Shown: positions 9,333 through 19,355, counted from the first letter of the stretch. The stretch is DNA of 64,000 bases from an uncultured Candidatus Saccharibacteria bacterium (GCA_963706245.1 OY970151.1:238994-302993); one strand, 5' to 3'. The notes: generated by a model from the letters alone, not told the origin. Numbers and translations: made by a program.

Positions 9333-10754
9333 TTAGTGCTGGTCTTCGGACAGCGCCCATTTCGGTATATCGACCGGGTTTGCTGAGCCGTTTTCGTACA
9401 GTGGAAGATTAACAGTTCTTCTTCCCCAGTTCTCAATAATTGGCTGAACAATTCTCCAAGTCTGCAGAACTTCTTGGCTGGTGGCGAACAAGGTATGATC
9501 TCCACGCATAACATCGACAAGGACTCGCTCATAAGCATCTGGCTGTGACCTAGTATCAAAGTATTTTGCGTAACTGAAGTCCATATTTACCGGTTCGACT
9601 AGGTTATCAAGACCCGGCTTCTTGGCGTATAGTTCAAGGGCAATACCTTCATTGGGTTGGATACGAAAAGTTAGACTATTATGTGAAACTTTCCGTTTGG
9701 CTTCCTGACGAAAGATAATTCTAACTTCAGTATTTTTTTGATCGAGTGCTTTACCGGTCTTAATTACAATAGGCACTTTTCGCCAACGATAGGAGTTTAT
9801 TCTCAGATTAATAGCTGCAAAAGTTTCGGATGTCGACTTTGGGTTTTCGACTTCACGACGATAAGTCGCATATTGAGCCCGGAAGGCAACCTCATGAATT
9901 TTATTGGGTGTCGGCGCTTTAACCTGTTTAAGTAGCTTGAGCCTAGAGCGGTGAATGGCCTCAGAAGTCATGCTAAGTGGTTTTTCCATAGCCACAACTG
10001 ACAGCAGCTGCAGTAGATGACTTTGAATAAAATCCCGCAGTGCTCCGACCTGTTCGTAAAATATTGCCCGGTTTTCGATACCAATCTTCTCGATGGCGCT
10101 AATCTCTATTCGCTTAATATGTTTCGCGTCCCAGATTGATTCAAATATTGCATTAGAGAAACGGAAGTTTAAAATATTTTGCACAGTCTCTTTAGCGAGA
10201 TAGTGATCGATTCGAAATATTTGATCTTCGCTAAAATACTTCCCGGTATCTTTAATTAATTCTCTAGCCGACTTTAAATCAAAACCAAATGGTTTTTCAA
10301 TCAGTAACCTCGTTTGAGCTTGACCATGTGGACAGCTCTTATTAAGACCATGTTCGCCTAGAAACCTAACAATCGGACCAAAAACCTGAGGCGGGATTGA
10401 TAGATAATATAGTCGGTTCATGCAACTGCCATAGGCATCCTCAATTTTGTTCATAGTTTCCAGCAGCCTATCATAGTCGTTACCGCTAGTGACATCCATG
10501 CTTTGAACGACAAATTTATCCCTAAGCATAACAACTGCCTTTTGGTCGAGAGCCGGGTTATCTTTGGCCAATTTATTGAGCAGCTGGTCTGCATTAATAT
10601 TCTGGCGAGTGATGCCAACGACCATCGAATTATCGTCGATCAGCCCGTGTTTTATTAGGTAAATTAGAGCCGGAAAGAGCTTTCGCTGAACCAAGTCGCC
10701 AGTTACTCCGAAAATTACAATTATGGCTGGTTGGGGTTTTGTGCTGTTATTCAA
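9333..10754 (-). CDS. zwf: glucose-6-phosphate 1-dehydrogenase
   Basis: GVTGDLVQRKLFPAL NADP-binding N-terminus and the RIDHYLAKE active-site motif. 4-nt overlap with gnd. Confidence 0.95.
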   Translation of the reverse strand: MNNSTKPQPAIIVIFGVTGDLVQRKLFPALIYLIKHGLIDDNSMVVGITRQNINADQLLNKLAKDNPALDQKAVVMLRDKFVVQSMDVTSGNDYDRLLETMNKIEDAYGSCMNRLYYLSIPPQVFGPIVRFLGEHGLNKSCPHGQAQTRLLIEKPFGFDLKSARELIKDTGKYFSEDQIFRIDHYLAKETVQNILNFRFSNAIFESIWDAKHIKRIEISAIEKIGIENRAIFYEQVGALRDFIQSHLLQLLSVVAMEKPLSMTSEAIHRSRLKLLKQVKAPTPNKIHEVAFRAQYATYRREVENPKSTSETFAAINLRINSYRWRKVPIVIKTGKALDQKNTEVRIIFRQEAKRKVSHNSLTFRIQPNEGIALELYAKKPGLDNLVEPVNMDFSYAKYFDTRSQPDAYERVLVDVMRGDHTLFATSQEVLQTWRIVQPIIENWGRRTVNLPLYENGSANPVDIPKWALSEDQH

Positions 10755-11659
10755 GGCGATGGATTTATATTATGTCCACCAAATTTATTGCGTAGTGCGG
10801 CCAGCAACTTAGTTGCAAATGAAATCTGACCTTGTTCTGAACTAGCCCGAACGTCAAGGGCTGATTGGATAGCTGGCATTTTTATACCAAGTTCGTTAGC
10901 AACCTCTAGCGACCACTGGGCTTCGCCGGATTGGGCAACAACACCCTCAATTCCGTCGAGCGCCGGGGTTTCGCTAAAAATATCTTTAGCCAGAGAGTTC
11001 AAGCTGGACTGGACAATACTGCCGTGCTGCCAAACTTCTGCAATAGCCGCCAAATCTAGGTTAGGGTAGGGGCCATCCTTAATTAAGTTGTATCCTTCGG
11101 CTAAGCTCTCCATCAAACCATATTCGATAGCGTTATGTACCATTTTTACAAAGTGGCCACTACCGCTTGCCCCAATATACTCATAGGCACCAGCTGGTTT
11201 AGCTAGAGTAGTTAAAATCGGTTCAATTTTATTACTGGCTTCTTTGCTACCTCCGACCATAATTGAAAAGCCATTTTCCAACCCTAAGATACCGCCACTG
11301 ACACCAATGTCCAGGAAATCAATATTAGCTTCTCCAAGACTCTTGGCCCTTTCTTTGGATAATCGAAAATCAGAATTACCACCATCGATAAGAATACTCC
11401 CACCTGGTAATAGACTCTTCCAGGAGCTAATCTCCTCCTCGACAGCCCCAGCTGGGATCATTAGCCAAACTATCGCTGTCTCAGAGTTAAAACTACTAAT
11501 TATCTCCTCGCGGCTACTGGCCGCTTTGGCACCGGCATTGACGGCTGACTCAACTAGCCCAGGATCTCGATCAAGTACAACTACCTCGTGGTTATCATTT
11601 ACCAGACGTACTACAATTTGATGCCCCATTTTACCAAGTCCAACAACGGCAATTTTCAT
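10751..11659 (-). CDS. gnd: 6-phosphogluconate dehydrogenase, short (about 300 aa, YqeC/GntZ-like) form
   Basis: MKIAVVGLGKMGHQI Rossmann N-terminus and 6PGDH-like C-terminal half. Lies between pgl and zwf with ATGA overlaps on both sides. Confidence 0.9.
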   Translation of the reverse strand: MKIAVVGLGKMGHQIVVRLVNDNHEVVVLDRDPGLVESAVNAGAKAASSREEIISSFNSETAIVWLMIPAGAVEEEISSWKSLLPGGSILIDGGNSDFRLSKERAKSLGEANIDFLDIGVSGGILGLENGFSIMVGGSKEASNKIEPILTTLAKPAGAYEYIGASGSGHFVKMVHNAIEYGLMESLAEGYNLIKDGPYPNLDLAAIAEVWQHGSIVQSSLNSLAKDIFSETPALDGIEGVVAQSGEAQWSLEVANELGIKMPAIQSALDVRASSEQGQISFATKLLAALRNKFGGHNINPSP

Positions 11660-12336
11660 ATTCTGTCTCCAATCATATTATTAATAATAAAGCTTTTTGG
11701 AGGAGATTGCCTAAAGATTTGTGCCGGTTGGCTATTAAGTGGTTGATTTTTACCGCGTAGCAGACTAAGTGCCGGTAGTTTGTCTTCACCAAAAGCAAAA
11801 ATATAGGCCTCATCAACCATTCTAAGAGCCTTAAAACTAAGAGTTATCCTTTTAAAATCCGGGCCATGATAGCCAATCACTAGTCGCTCATCATCCTTAG
11901 AGGCCGGTGAGTGCGGTAATATCCCGGCGGTATGACTGTCGCTACCTATACCGAATTGACCGATGATCATATCAGACTCTTTGAATAAAGACTTAATCCG
12001 CCTTTCATAATCTTCGGCCGCTAACTCAAGACTCAAGTGATCACCGGTAATGACCGGAACAAATTTAATTCCTTTAAAATCAAAGCCGGCCTTCTTTAAC
12101 TGGGTATGATTAGAATCCGAGTGACCAAGAGGCCCGTAGCGTTCATCTATAAGCGCCAGCGTAAGATTTTTCAACTTATCACTTGGTAGAGCCTTACGCA
12201 CCTCTTTTGATATGGCAATATTTGAACCCCCGGAAACTAGCCAAACAAGTCTTTGGTCTTTATTTAGCTGTCTAAGGAGGGCCTGTGCTAAATAAACCTG
12301 TCCCTCTTGGGGGTTTTTTACTTTAATAAATTGCAT
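11656..12336 (-). CDS. pgl: 6-phosphogluconolactonase
   Basis: SGGSNIA, IDERYGPLGHSDSN and GIGSDSHTAGILP motifs typical of the Pgl/NagB fold. Confidence 0.85.
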   Translation of the reverse strand: MQFIKVKNPQEGQVYLAQALLRQLNKDQRLVWLVSGGSNIAISKEVRKALPSDKLKNLTLALIDERYGPLGHSDSNHTQLKKAGFDFKGIKFVPVITGDHLSLELAAEDYERRIKSLFKESDMIIGQFGIGSDSHTAGILPHSPASKDDERLVIGYHGPDFKRITLSFKALRMVDEAYIFAFGEDKLPALSLLRGKNQPLNSQPAQIFRQSPPKSFIINNMIGDRI

Positions 12337-12372
12337 AAGCTCTACTATATAGTATTGGTGCTTAAGCTTTAA

Positions 12373-13047
12373 TCAACTAAGAGCTAATTTTAGCTTTTTA
12401 TCATCGATGATTGTAAATAAATGCTCTTTTTGACCAACCAGGCCCTCTTTAAAAAGTAGTTCAAGAGCACGGCTAGCAGTTTCCCTGGACATATTGATTG
12501 AATCGGCGATATCTTGATGAGTTATTGGGGCGTTTATAACCACCAGATCGTCATGGTATTGACCAAATCGCTCAGCCAGAGTGAGCAGCTCAGCGATAAT
12601 TCTCCCTCTTGCGGAGCGGTACTCCAGAGTCTGGATACGCTGAGTATAGATGGCGATAATATTGACTGTCTGGTTTAGTATCTCTTGGGATAGCCACTGA
12701 TCGTGACCCATTGCTGCTCGCAGTTTGTCTTTTGAAGCCTTTATGACGGTCACCTCACTCATTGCCTCATAAGATAAACCGGTGATGTTCGAACCATCTA
12801 AAGCCCAGGGCAGCGGTATAAGTTCGTCGGCCGAATGGATCAGTAGTAAGTTGCCTAGTCCAGCTTGTGAAATTGAATAGGCCTTAACGAAGCCTTCAAC
12901 TATAAGATAGACACCGTCTGGCTCATTGAATCCGTGCATTATAGTTTCGTCTTTTAGGAAATGCATGATCGAACCGTCACTAAAGTGGGAAATAATACTC
13001 TTATCACGCGGTTTACGCCGCGGCATAGCCAGGGCAGTCGGGGTCAT
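12373..13047 (-). CDS. Crp/Fnr family transcriptional regulator
   Basis: N-terminal cNMP-binding beta-roll and C-terminal HTH (QDIADSINMSRETASRALELLFKEGLV). First gene of the PPP gene string. Confidence 0.85.
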   Translation of the reverse strand: MTPTALAMPRRKPRDKSIISHFSDGSIMHFLKDETIMHGFNEPDGVYLIVEGFVKAYSISQAGLGNLLLIHSADELIPLPWALDGSNITGLSYEAMSEVTVIKASKDKLRAAMGHDQWLSQEILNQTVNIIAIYTQRIQTLEYRSARGRIIAELLTLAERFGQYHDDLVVINAPITHQDIADSINMSRETASRALELLFKEGLVGQKEHLFTIIDDKKLKLALS

Positions 13048-13081
13048 AGTCCTCAGTATATACTCATAACTGTTATTAACT

Positions 13082-13097
13082 TGTGATACAACGCACA
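13082..13097. promoter_or_regulatory. CRP/FNR-type palindrome TGTGAtacaacGCACA upstream of the crp-pgl-gnd-zwf string
   Basis: Read on the minus strand it is TGTGCgttgtaTCACA, followed by 19 nt and then TATATA. That centres it near -41, a class II activator position. Confidence 0.4.
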
Positions 13098-13225
13098 GAC
13101 TAATTTCTACAATAGCTTTAAGCTTATGGATAGTGACTTAGTGTGAGTACGCGCATTACCGCTAGTTGGGGTGCTATCGGAAACGCTAAGTAGTTGTTTA
13201 AATATAACTAACGAAAGGAGTCAGT

Positions 13226-13420
13226 GTGCCACACAAAAACTTGTATAACAATAAATACCCAAAAGCATTCTTTCGTCGTTATCTAAAGAACATTGATGAG
13301 CCTAAATATATAAGTTCAACCGGTGCGGCAAAGCCCGTCAAAACCGAACTAATCGAAGACAGTTATGTAATGAGACGGCGTTTTAGGCTTATCGCCAAAA
13401 CGCTGAGAGATTATTTTTAG
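13226..13420 (+). CDS. small basic hypothetical protein
   Basis: GTG start preceded by AAGGAG at 5-nt spacing. Followed by a strong hairpin terminator. Confidence 0.45.
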   Translation: MPHKNLYNNKYPKAFFRRYLKNIDEPKYISSTGAAKPVKTELIEDSYVMRRRFRLIAKTLRDYF

Positions 13421-13430
13421 GTTAACTATA

Positions 13431-13455
13431 AAGACCTCCAAAACGGAGGTCTTTT
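13431..13455. terminator. intrinsic terminator hairpin between convergent genes
   Basis: aagacctcc-aaaac-ggaggtctt followed by tt. A 9-bp stem that can serve either strand. Confidence 0.7.
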
Positions 13456-13468
13456 AATAACGTCTTAA

Positions 13469-14695
13469 TTAAGCGGCCAGTGGATAGTGGCGGTCAGGGA
13501 TACGTAGACCGGCGAAGCGGTCTTTTTTGTCTTTGATCCAGCTCTGCGAATCTCCAACACCATAATAATGTATAACTTTGTCGTTCTTATCAGGTAGCCC
13601 AATTGCCGATCCAAAGACCACTTTCCATAAGCCCGGTCTCTTAGGATTCAGTCCTTCAAACTCGTGAGCTTCGGCCTCCACTTCGGGGTATTCAATCTTC
13701 CTCGTAGCTGGGTTATAAAAACCGGTTAGTGATATGTACTCTTTTGCCTCGGGATCACCTCCTGAATCTTCTGGGTCAAAGCGTCCAATATGAAAGAGCA
13801 AGCCAATTCTCCCGTCGTTTAAGGCTATGGCCTGGTTTACACCGCCCCATTCTTTACCGGGCTGGAAGCGAGTATTAATAATTGGAGCATTTTGCAAAAT
13901 ATCTGGGTCTTTTAATTGATCAATTGAATCAATCGTTACGACACCGATTTGTCCACGACCACCCCTTTCTTCATTATCAATGTCTTGGGGGCGAGTGAAA
14001 ACCGTAATTTTTCCGTCAGGCAACTCAACTAATCGAATATCTTTCATGCCCTTTGGCCCTTCGGCAAAACGCTCTAAGCTGGAAATATTAGAGCCTTTAT
14101 AGAAAACTGTTTTCCAACGTAGTCCCGGAGTTAGATTTGGATCATCGTTTGGTATAGTCTCAACTTCTACGACACTAAGCACCAACTCATCACCTATCCA
14201 GGCAATGGCCGGATCTTGACCCTTTGGGCGCAGCAAATTGGGATCTTCGATCTGATCCCAAATCACGGAATCTAGAGATTCGGCTCTAAAATAATCAACC
14301 GTGCTGTCAGTCTCGTCATCTCGTTTTTCTACCCTAACGGCAACAGTAAAGTACGGTTTACCGGATTTTTCATCATAATGGATATCGTAAACCGGTTGGG
14401 TCATATTATAACCATCCATATCTCGAATTTCTTCACCGCCTCGAGTGAATATCAGTTTGCTACATACGTAGGGCTCAGTCTCTTCGCTTCGCCTTTCGCG
14501 GTATTGGTCAACTAAGGCACTAAAGCTGACATATTCAATGTCATGTTCGAACTCACTATTTGTCTTTGGTGAGTCTGTTAGCTCTGTTAAAGCCACAATA
14601 TTTCTCCCTATTTCTCTAACGTCTACAGACTCATTAAGATCTAGTATATCTCCAGATTGCTCGTACGTAATCGGCGCTGCCTCGGCTATAGACAT
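13469..14695 (-). CDS. hypothetical protein (possibly DUF1861-like beta-propeller)
   Basis: 408-aa ORF. The family assignment is only a recollection of similar CPR annotations and is not verified. Confidence 0.55.
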   Translation of the reverse strand: MSIAEAAPITYEQSGDILDLNESVDVREIGRNIVALTELTDSPKTNSEFEHDIEYVSFSALVDQYRERRSEETEPYVCSKLIFTRGGEEIRDMDGYNMTQPVYDIHYDEKSGKPYFTVAVRVEKRDDETDSTVDYFRAESLDSVIWDQIEDPNLLRPKGQDPAIAWIGDELVLSVVEVETIPNDDPNLTPGLRWKTVFYKGSNISSLERFAEGPKGMKDIRLVELPDGKITVFTRPQDIDNEERGGRGQIGVVTIDSIDQLKDPDILQNAPIINTRFQPGKEWGGVNQAIALNDGRIGLLFHIGRFDPEDSGGDPEAKEYISLTGFYNPATRKIEYPEVEAEAHEFEGLNPKRPGLWKVVFGSAIGLPDKNDKVIHYYGVGDSQSWIKDKKDRFAGLRIPDRHYPLAA

Positions 14696-14810
14696 ATTAT
14701 CTAATCTAATCAGTTTTTTATGTTAACTTATACTGAATAAGCATAACTATAGTACTTTATCGGAAAGATACAAGAGCCATTTGTGGATATCTTTTCAGGA
14801 ACTATATTTA

Positions 14811-15593
14811 TTACTTTAGTCTAAGGCTTAGGCCGAGCCCGCCGAAGTTCTTACAGACAAAAACAGGTAATCCAGCTTTACTTAGTTTTTCATCGTATTT
14901 ATAGCCTAAATCATTAAAACCCTTCAGCCGCGTCGTGTCGCTGATTCTATTTTTAATCAGCCAATGAGCGAAGGCACCGCGCGCAATCTTAGCATGGACT
15001 ACAACAAAAGTGGGCTGATTAGTTGTTTGGTTAAGCGTTAAAAAAGAAGGTGTTATAATCCTAGCTTTATCGACGTAATCGGTAACCACCTTGCTATATT
15101 CCAGTGCCGCTAAATTAATGATTAAACCACTACTTGGCAAAGACTTAGCAACGCTGTCACCCCAGTAATTATATAAATTCGCAAATTTTTTACTGGGTAG
15201 TCTATAGCCCATCTCCAGCCGGTAGGGATGTATTCCGTCTAGGGGCTTTATGACACCATATAAGCCCGATAGTATCCTGAGGCAGCTATTGCCGTATTCC
15301 CGATCAGTATCTGACCAGTCGGGTACCTGCAGACCGCTATAGATGTCCCCCAGGAAACTGTCTATCGCTACGCGCTGAGCGCTTGGTTTATCTGTCCAGC
15401 CGGCAATTAAATCATGTGTTTTATCAGCTAACTTAGCAGAAACGTGCATAGTTTTTATGAGTTGCTCAGCTGAGAGGCTTTTCAAATAGTTACTTAAGAC
15501 TACGGCCTTATCAAGAAGCTCGGGGCGCGGTAGCGGCTGGGCGTCAACATTAGGCGGTCGCATAGTTTTAGAGGTGTGCAGTAAGATAATCAT
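14811..15593 (-). CDS. yaaA: YaaA/UPF0246 (DUF328) peroxide-stress family protein
   Basis: N-terminus MIILLHTSKTM and an overall length of about 260 aa resemble YaaA. Confidence 0.75.
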   Translation of the reverse strand: MIILLHTSKTMRPPNVDAQPLPRPELLDKAVVLSNYLKSLSAEQLIKTMHVSAKLADKTHDLIAGWTDKPSAQRVAIDSFLGDIYSGLQVPDWSDTDREYGNSCLRILSGLYGVIKPLDGIHPYRLEMGYRLPSKKFANLYNYWGDSVAKSLPSSGLIINLAALEYSKVVTDYVDKARIITPSFLTLNQTTNQPTFVVVHAKIARGAFAHWLIKNRISDTTRLKGFNDLGYKYDEKLSKAGLPVFVCKNFGGLGLSLRLK

Positions 15594-15663
15594 TAATTAA
15601 TATGATAACTGAACAAGAGGATATCTTGTATAATAACTACTAAGTAAACGCAATATTGAGTTA

Positions 15664-16479
15664 ATGACAAATAATTTCAACCGACACCCTAAAGTTAAAG
15701 CCTATGGGCTTAGCAAAGCCTTTGGTCTTAAGCCGATGAAAGACTATGAAACCCTCATGGCTAGTGGTGCGACTAGAATCATTTCTGCGCATAGTTCCGC
15801 CTGGGCCATACCGATAAAGCTGGATCAACCAGAACTTGGTTTTGTTCTAGTCGATGCCGGGATGAATGAAGATGCTAAGGAGATACGACGTTATTTGGCT
15901 ACACAGCGTTTAGGACTTGATGCCGTAAAAGCTGTTATTATCACTCATGCCCATGTTGATCACGTTGCCGGCCTGCACGCGATTGATAAAAACGTTCGTA
16001 CCCTAGTCGCTGAGGGGGAATTACCTAGTCTTATGGGTGAGCGCGGCGCTCAAGGGCCATTGCCCGGATGGTTAGATAGGAGTAGAGCTATGTTCGGTAA
16101 GGGCCCCGGTGCTCATATTCCCGGTGTTAACCCAGAGAAAATTGAGTTTGGTAAGATATACAGCTTTGGTGATGAGCTAAGCATACGACCAGTATTATTA
16201 GAGGGTCATACTGACGCTTCTACCGGGGTATTAGTAAATCGTAATAGCTGGGAAGGGGCCAGCAATTTCCTACAGGGCGACGCCTTTGACATTGATAAAC
16301 GAGGTAGGGTTGTTAACGCCCACCCTTGGTTTACTGACAATACAACAGCCAGTGGTCTGTCGATCGTAGGTTTATCGGAAATCGCTCAGGCTGAGGGTTG
16401 GGTTGTCGATGAGATTGCCGGCTCGCATTCTGGTATTGGCAAGATGGATGCAGTGCACAATTATAAAAGGGCTGCCTAG
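15664..16479 (+). CDS. MBL-fold metallo-hydrolase
   Basis: HAHVDHVAG (HxHxDH) motif plus a later GHT and a C-terminal GSH histidine. Confidence 0.8.
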   Translation: MTNNFNRHPKVKAYGLSKAFGLKPMKDYETLMASGATRIISAHSSAWAIPIKLDQPELGFVLVDAGMNEDAKEIRRYLATQRLGLDAVKAVIITHAHVDHVAGLHAIDKNVRTLVAEGELPSLMGERGAQGPLPGWLDRSRAMFGKGPGAHIPGVNPEKIEFGKIYSFGDELSIRPVLLEGHTDASTGVLVNRNSWEGASNFLQGDAFDIDKRGRVVNAHPWFTDNTTASGLSIVGLSEIAQAEGWVVDEIAGSHSGIGKMDAVHNYKRAA

Positions 16480-16489
16480 TACAGCTTGT

Positions 16490-17197
16490 CTATTTCTCTG
16501 ACTCTAAGCGCTTTATTCCGTCTGAGTTATGTATCTCGACGCCACCAACACCTCTGACTACAGATTTGTTTTGGCTATAAATAATCGCCGTATTTTCATC
16601 GATACCCATCCAAGAAGAGCTGACTTTAGCTGGGCTGTTGTCAATAATTCTCTTCACTAGACCTTGGTATCTTTTAAAATGATCAAAATGGGGCAGTATG
16701 GTGCAATCAACTAACCCGAAACCGTCTTTCCAAAGTGTGCCGTGGCCACTAAACATAGCTTTAAAAGAAGGCGCGGTTAACAAATACTTCCCAATAACCA
16801 TTGCTCCAGCCGAGCTACCAGCCAGGAGGGCGCCATTATCTATTCGGTCCATAACCATTTTCCAAAGTTTTGTTCCCTCTAAACTGTCAAGCAGATATCC
16901 AGGGTTACCACCCGAAAAGAAAATCCAATCAGCCTCTGCTATTGGCGCTATCATAGCCTCATCATTAGCATGATCCTTATTGTGTACCGGTAGAGCTATA
17001 ACAGGGAGGTTGAATTTGGCGTAATGACTCTTAGCCATTTCAATCCATTTATCAACGTCGCTTTCCATGCCGGCGGCGGTAGGCAGTACCGCCACATTGC
17101 CTGGCTTAAACCGCTCTATTAGATACTTATCAATATTATCTACGGCGTCAGTAAACTCGCCCGAGCCAAAAAGTGCTAAATTCATATTCATTATCAT
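16490..17197 (-). CDS. peptidase S51 / cyanophycinase-dipeptidase E-like (class I glutamine amidotransferase-like fold)
   Basis: FFSGGNPGYLL and GSSAGAMV (nucleophile Ser) motifs. Start moved to the internal ATG at 17197 (MIMNMNLALFGSGEF), which has GAGG 7 nt upstream. This removes the overlap with the 17268 gene. Confidence 0.7.
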   Translation of the reverse strand: MIMNMNLALFGSGEFTDAVDNIDKYLIERFKPGNVAVLPTAAGMESDVDKWIEMAKSHYAKFNLPVIALPVHNKDHANDEAMIAPIAEADWIFFSGGNPGYLLDSLEGTKLWKMVMDRIDNGALLAGSSAGAMVIGKYLLTAPSFKAMFSGHGTLWKDGFGLVDCTILPHFDHFKRYQGLVKRIIDNSPAKVSSSWMGIDENTAIIYSQNKSVVRGVGGVEIHNSDGIKRLESEK

Positions 17198-17267
17198 AAC
17201 AAAACCTCGGTATATGGCATAAAATCGCCATAACGGTTTCGCTACACGCTTAAGGTATAATGGCAAT

Positions 17268-17927
17268 ATGGAAATGGGGTCAGTTAAGAGTCTAAAAAAG
17301 CCAAAACGTTTTAGTAGAAAAATTACTATCCGCGGCATCCAAATTACGCTTGGTCTACTTTGGCTACTCGATGGTCTGCTGCAGTTCCAACCGCAAATGT
17401 TTAGCAGTAATTTTGTTAGCGGTGTGATAAACCCGGCCGCCGCTGGACAACCAGGCTTTGTTATTGGGCCAATGCATTTTCTAACCCATATATTCTTGTT
17501 TCACCCGGCAATATTTAATACTATGGCCGCCATTACTCAGCTGGCTATTGGTGGCTTAATACTTTTTAGAAGGACAACAAAGCTAGGTCTTATTGGCTCG
17601 ATACTCTGGGGGCTATTTGTTTGGTCGGTCGGTGAAGGTTATGGTGGCATATTCTCAGGCCACACTCTACTACTTATGGGCGCTCCGGGCGCGGCGCTGA
17701 TTTATGTAATATTATCGTTTGGTGTTATGCCTGGGCGTGATAAAACAGAGTCAACTCCACCGTACTGGCTGGCATTTATTTGGGCAGCTTTCTGGATAGG
17801 CGGAGCGATTTACCAGCTCTTGCCGGACAAAATTCAGTTTCAGATGTCAGTTCAATGGTTGCCGGTAACGGAGGTGGTCAACCCGGTTGGCTTGCCAGTT
17901 TTGATTACCACCTCGGTCAAGTTATAA
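17268..17927 (+). CDS. membrane protein, N-terminal half of a frame-disrupted gene
   Basis: Hydrophobic ORF. Reads ...WIGGAIYQLLP and then leaves the conserved frame near 17825. Contains the VGEGYGGIFSG motif. Confidence 0.6.
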   Translation: MEMGSVKSLKKPKRFSRKITIRGIQITLGLLWLLDGLLQFQPQMFSSNFVSGVINPAAAGQPGFVIGPMHFLTHIFLFHPAIFNTMAAITQLAIGGLILFRRTTKLGLIGSILWGLFVWSVGEGYGGIFSGHTLLLMGAPGAALIYVILSFGVMPGRDKTESTPPYWLAFIWAAFWIGGAIYQLLPDKIQFQMSVQWLPVTEVVNPVGLPVLITTSVKL

Positions 17928-18295
17928 ATGGCTATGGTACACCGATTGCTTCACAGGCAAATTTGCATATGACTACACATCAAATGGCCATGATGCAGAC
18001 TGAAGGGGCTTCGGGTTATTGGTTTATCCTGCTTGCGGCTCTAGTCGAGTTGGCTATTGGCATCGCCGTCTTTTTACCTAAGGTTTACCGGCTTAGTGGC
18101 CTAATTATAGGCATCCTTCTATCACTAGTTTTCTGGATAGTTGGCCAAAGTTTTGGCGGTATTTTTACTGGCCTTGCCACCGACCCTAATGCCGCACCTT
18201 TATTTATACTGCTGGCTACCGCGATCCTCGGATGTAACACCTTTAGTAGCGATCTATCGAAGTTTTTTAAACGTTTTGAACATATAATTACCTGA
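17780..18295 (+). CDS. membrane protein, C-terminal half of the same frame-disrupted gene
   Basis: Continues ...GQNSVSDVSSMVAGNGGGQPGWLASF... and repeats the motif as VGQSFGGIFTG. No RBS of its own. Confidence 0.6.
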   Translation: MGSFLDRRSDLPALAGQNSVSDVSSMVAGNGGGQPGWLASFDYHLGQVINGYGTPIASQANLHMTTHQMAMMQTEGASGYWFILLAALVELAIGIAVFLPKVYRLSGLIIGILLSLVFWIVGQSFGGIFTGLATDPNAAPLFILLATAILGCNTFSSDLSKFFKRFEHIIT

Positions 18296-18301
18296 AGAAT
18301 T

Positions 18302-19072
18302 ATGAATATAACGACGAATCGTATGCTACGCAAAGTACCAGAAATTACCCTGATGTTTTGGGTGGTTAAGCTGCTAACTACTGCCATGGGAGAGGCGACC
18401 TCAGATTTTTTGGTTTTCCGATATAACCCCTATCTAGCGGTCTTTGCTGGCGGCGTGGCTCTTCTGATTGTATTAATTATCCAATTTGCCTTCAAGCGCT
18501 ATAACGCCTGGGCTTATTGGGCTAGTGTTACTATGGTCGCTGTTTTTGGTACTATGGCGGCCGATAGTTTACATATCCAGCTACATGTACCCTATATTGT
18601 CTCGAGCATATTTTTTGCCATAATTCTTATTATTGTCTTTAAACTCTGGCATAAGAGCCAGCATACGCTATCAATTCATAGCATTAATAACTGGCAGCGA
18701 GAGATGTTCTATTGGGCTACAGTTCTGGCCACTTTCGCTCTTGGAACTGCTGCCGGTGATTTAACGGCTACCACTTTCGGTCTTGGTTACTTTTCCTCGG
18801 CCATACTTTTCGCTGGCCTTATTGCTTTAGTCGCAGCTGGCTACTACTTATTGAAACTTAACGAGATTCTTTGTTTTTGGTGCGCCTATATTCTAACCAG
18901 ACCGCTCGGAGCGTCCTTAGCTGATTGGATGAGTAAACGCACTGTAGTCGGTGGATTGGGATGGGGCGACGGTCGAGTAGCTATTGTTTTAACAATTATA
19001 ATTATCGGCTTCGTGGCATATCTAGCTATTAGCCACACAGACGATAAAACCTACCGCCAGCGGAGTTCGTAA
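18302..19072 (+). CDS. polytopic membrane protein (COG4705-like)
   Basis: N-terminus KVPEITLMFWVVKLLTTAMGEATSDFL resembles the COG4705 family signature. 7-8 helices. Confidence 0.55.
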   Translation: MNITTNRMLRKVPEITLMFWVVKLLTTAMGEATSDFLVFRYNPYLAVFAGGVALLIVLIIQFAFKRYNAWAYWASVTMVAVFGTMAADSLHIQLHVPYIVSSIFFAIILIIVFKLWHKSQHTLSIHSINNWQREMFYWATVLATFALGTAAGDLTATTFGLGYFSSAILFAGLIALVAAGYYLLKLNEILCFWCAYILTRPLGASLADWMSKRTVVGGLGWGDGRVAIVLTIIIIGFVAYLAISHTDDKTYRQRSS

Positions 19073-19088
19073 AAAATCTAATCTACAG

Positions 19089-19292
19089 CTACATTACTTC
19101 GTGAATTGAATCGAGCATACCCATCATCTGTTCTTCAGATGGCATTTGCTCGCCGGCGTGTTTCTCAGCCCAGTGGCCGGCAACAACCTCCGGAGTCATT
19201 TTCATTTTCATGGCTTCCATAGCCTCTTCTTTAGAATCGGCTTCAACATCAAAGTTGTCACCGCAGGTACAATTTACTTCCCATTTACCCAT
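19089..19292 (-). CDS. small acidic Met-rich protein (DUF1059-like?)
   Basis: 67-aa ORF with a CxC near the N-terminus, in its own interval. Family guess is weak. Confidence 0.5.
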   Translation of the reverse strand: MGKWEVNCTCGDNFDVEADSKEEAMEAMKMKMTPEVVAGHWAEKHAGEQMPSEEQMMGMLDSIHEVM

Positions 19293-19355
19293 GTTGTCTC
19301 CCTTAACTCAGCTTTACATTTACATAATACGCTTTTCTCAAGAAATATAAATTAA

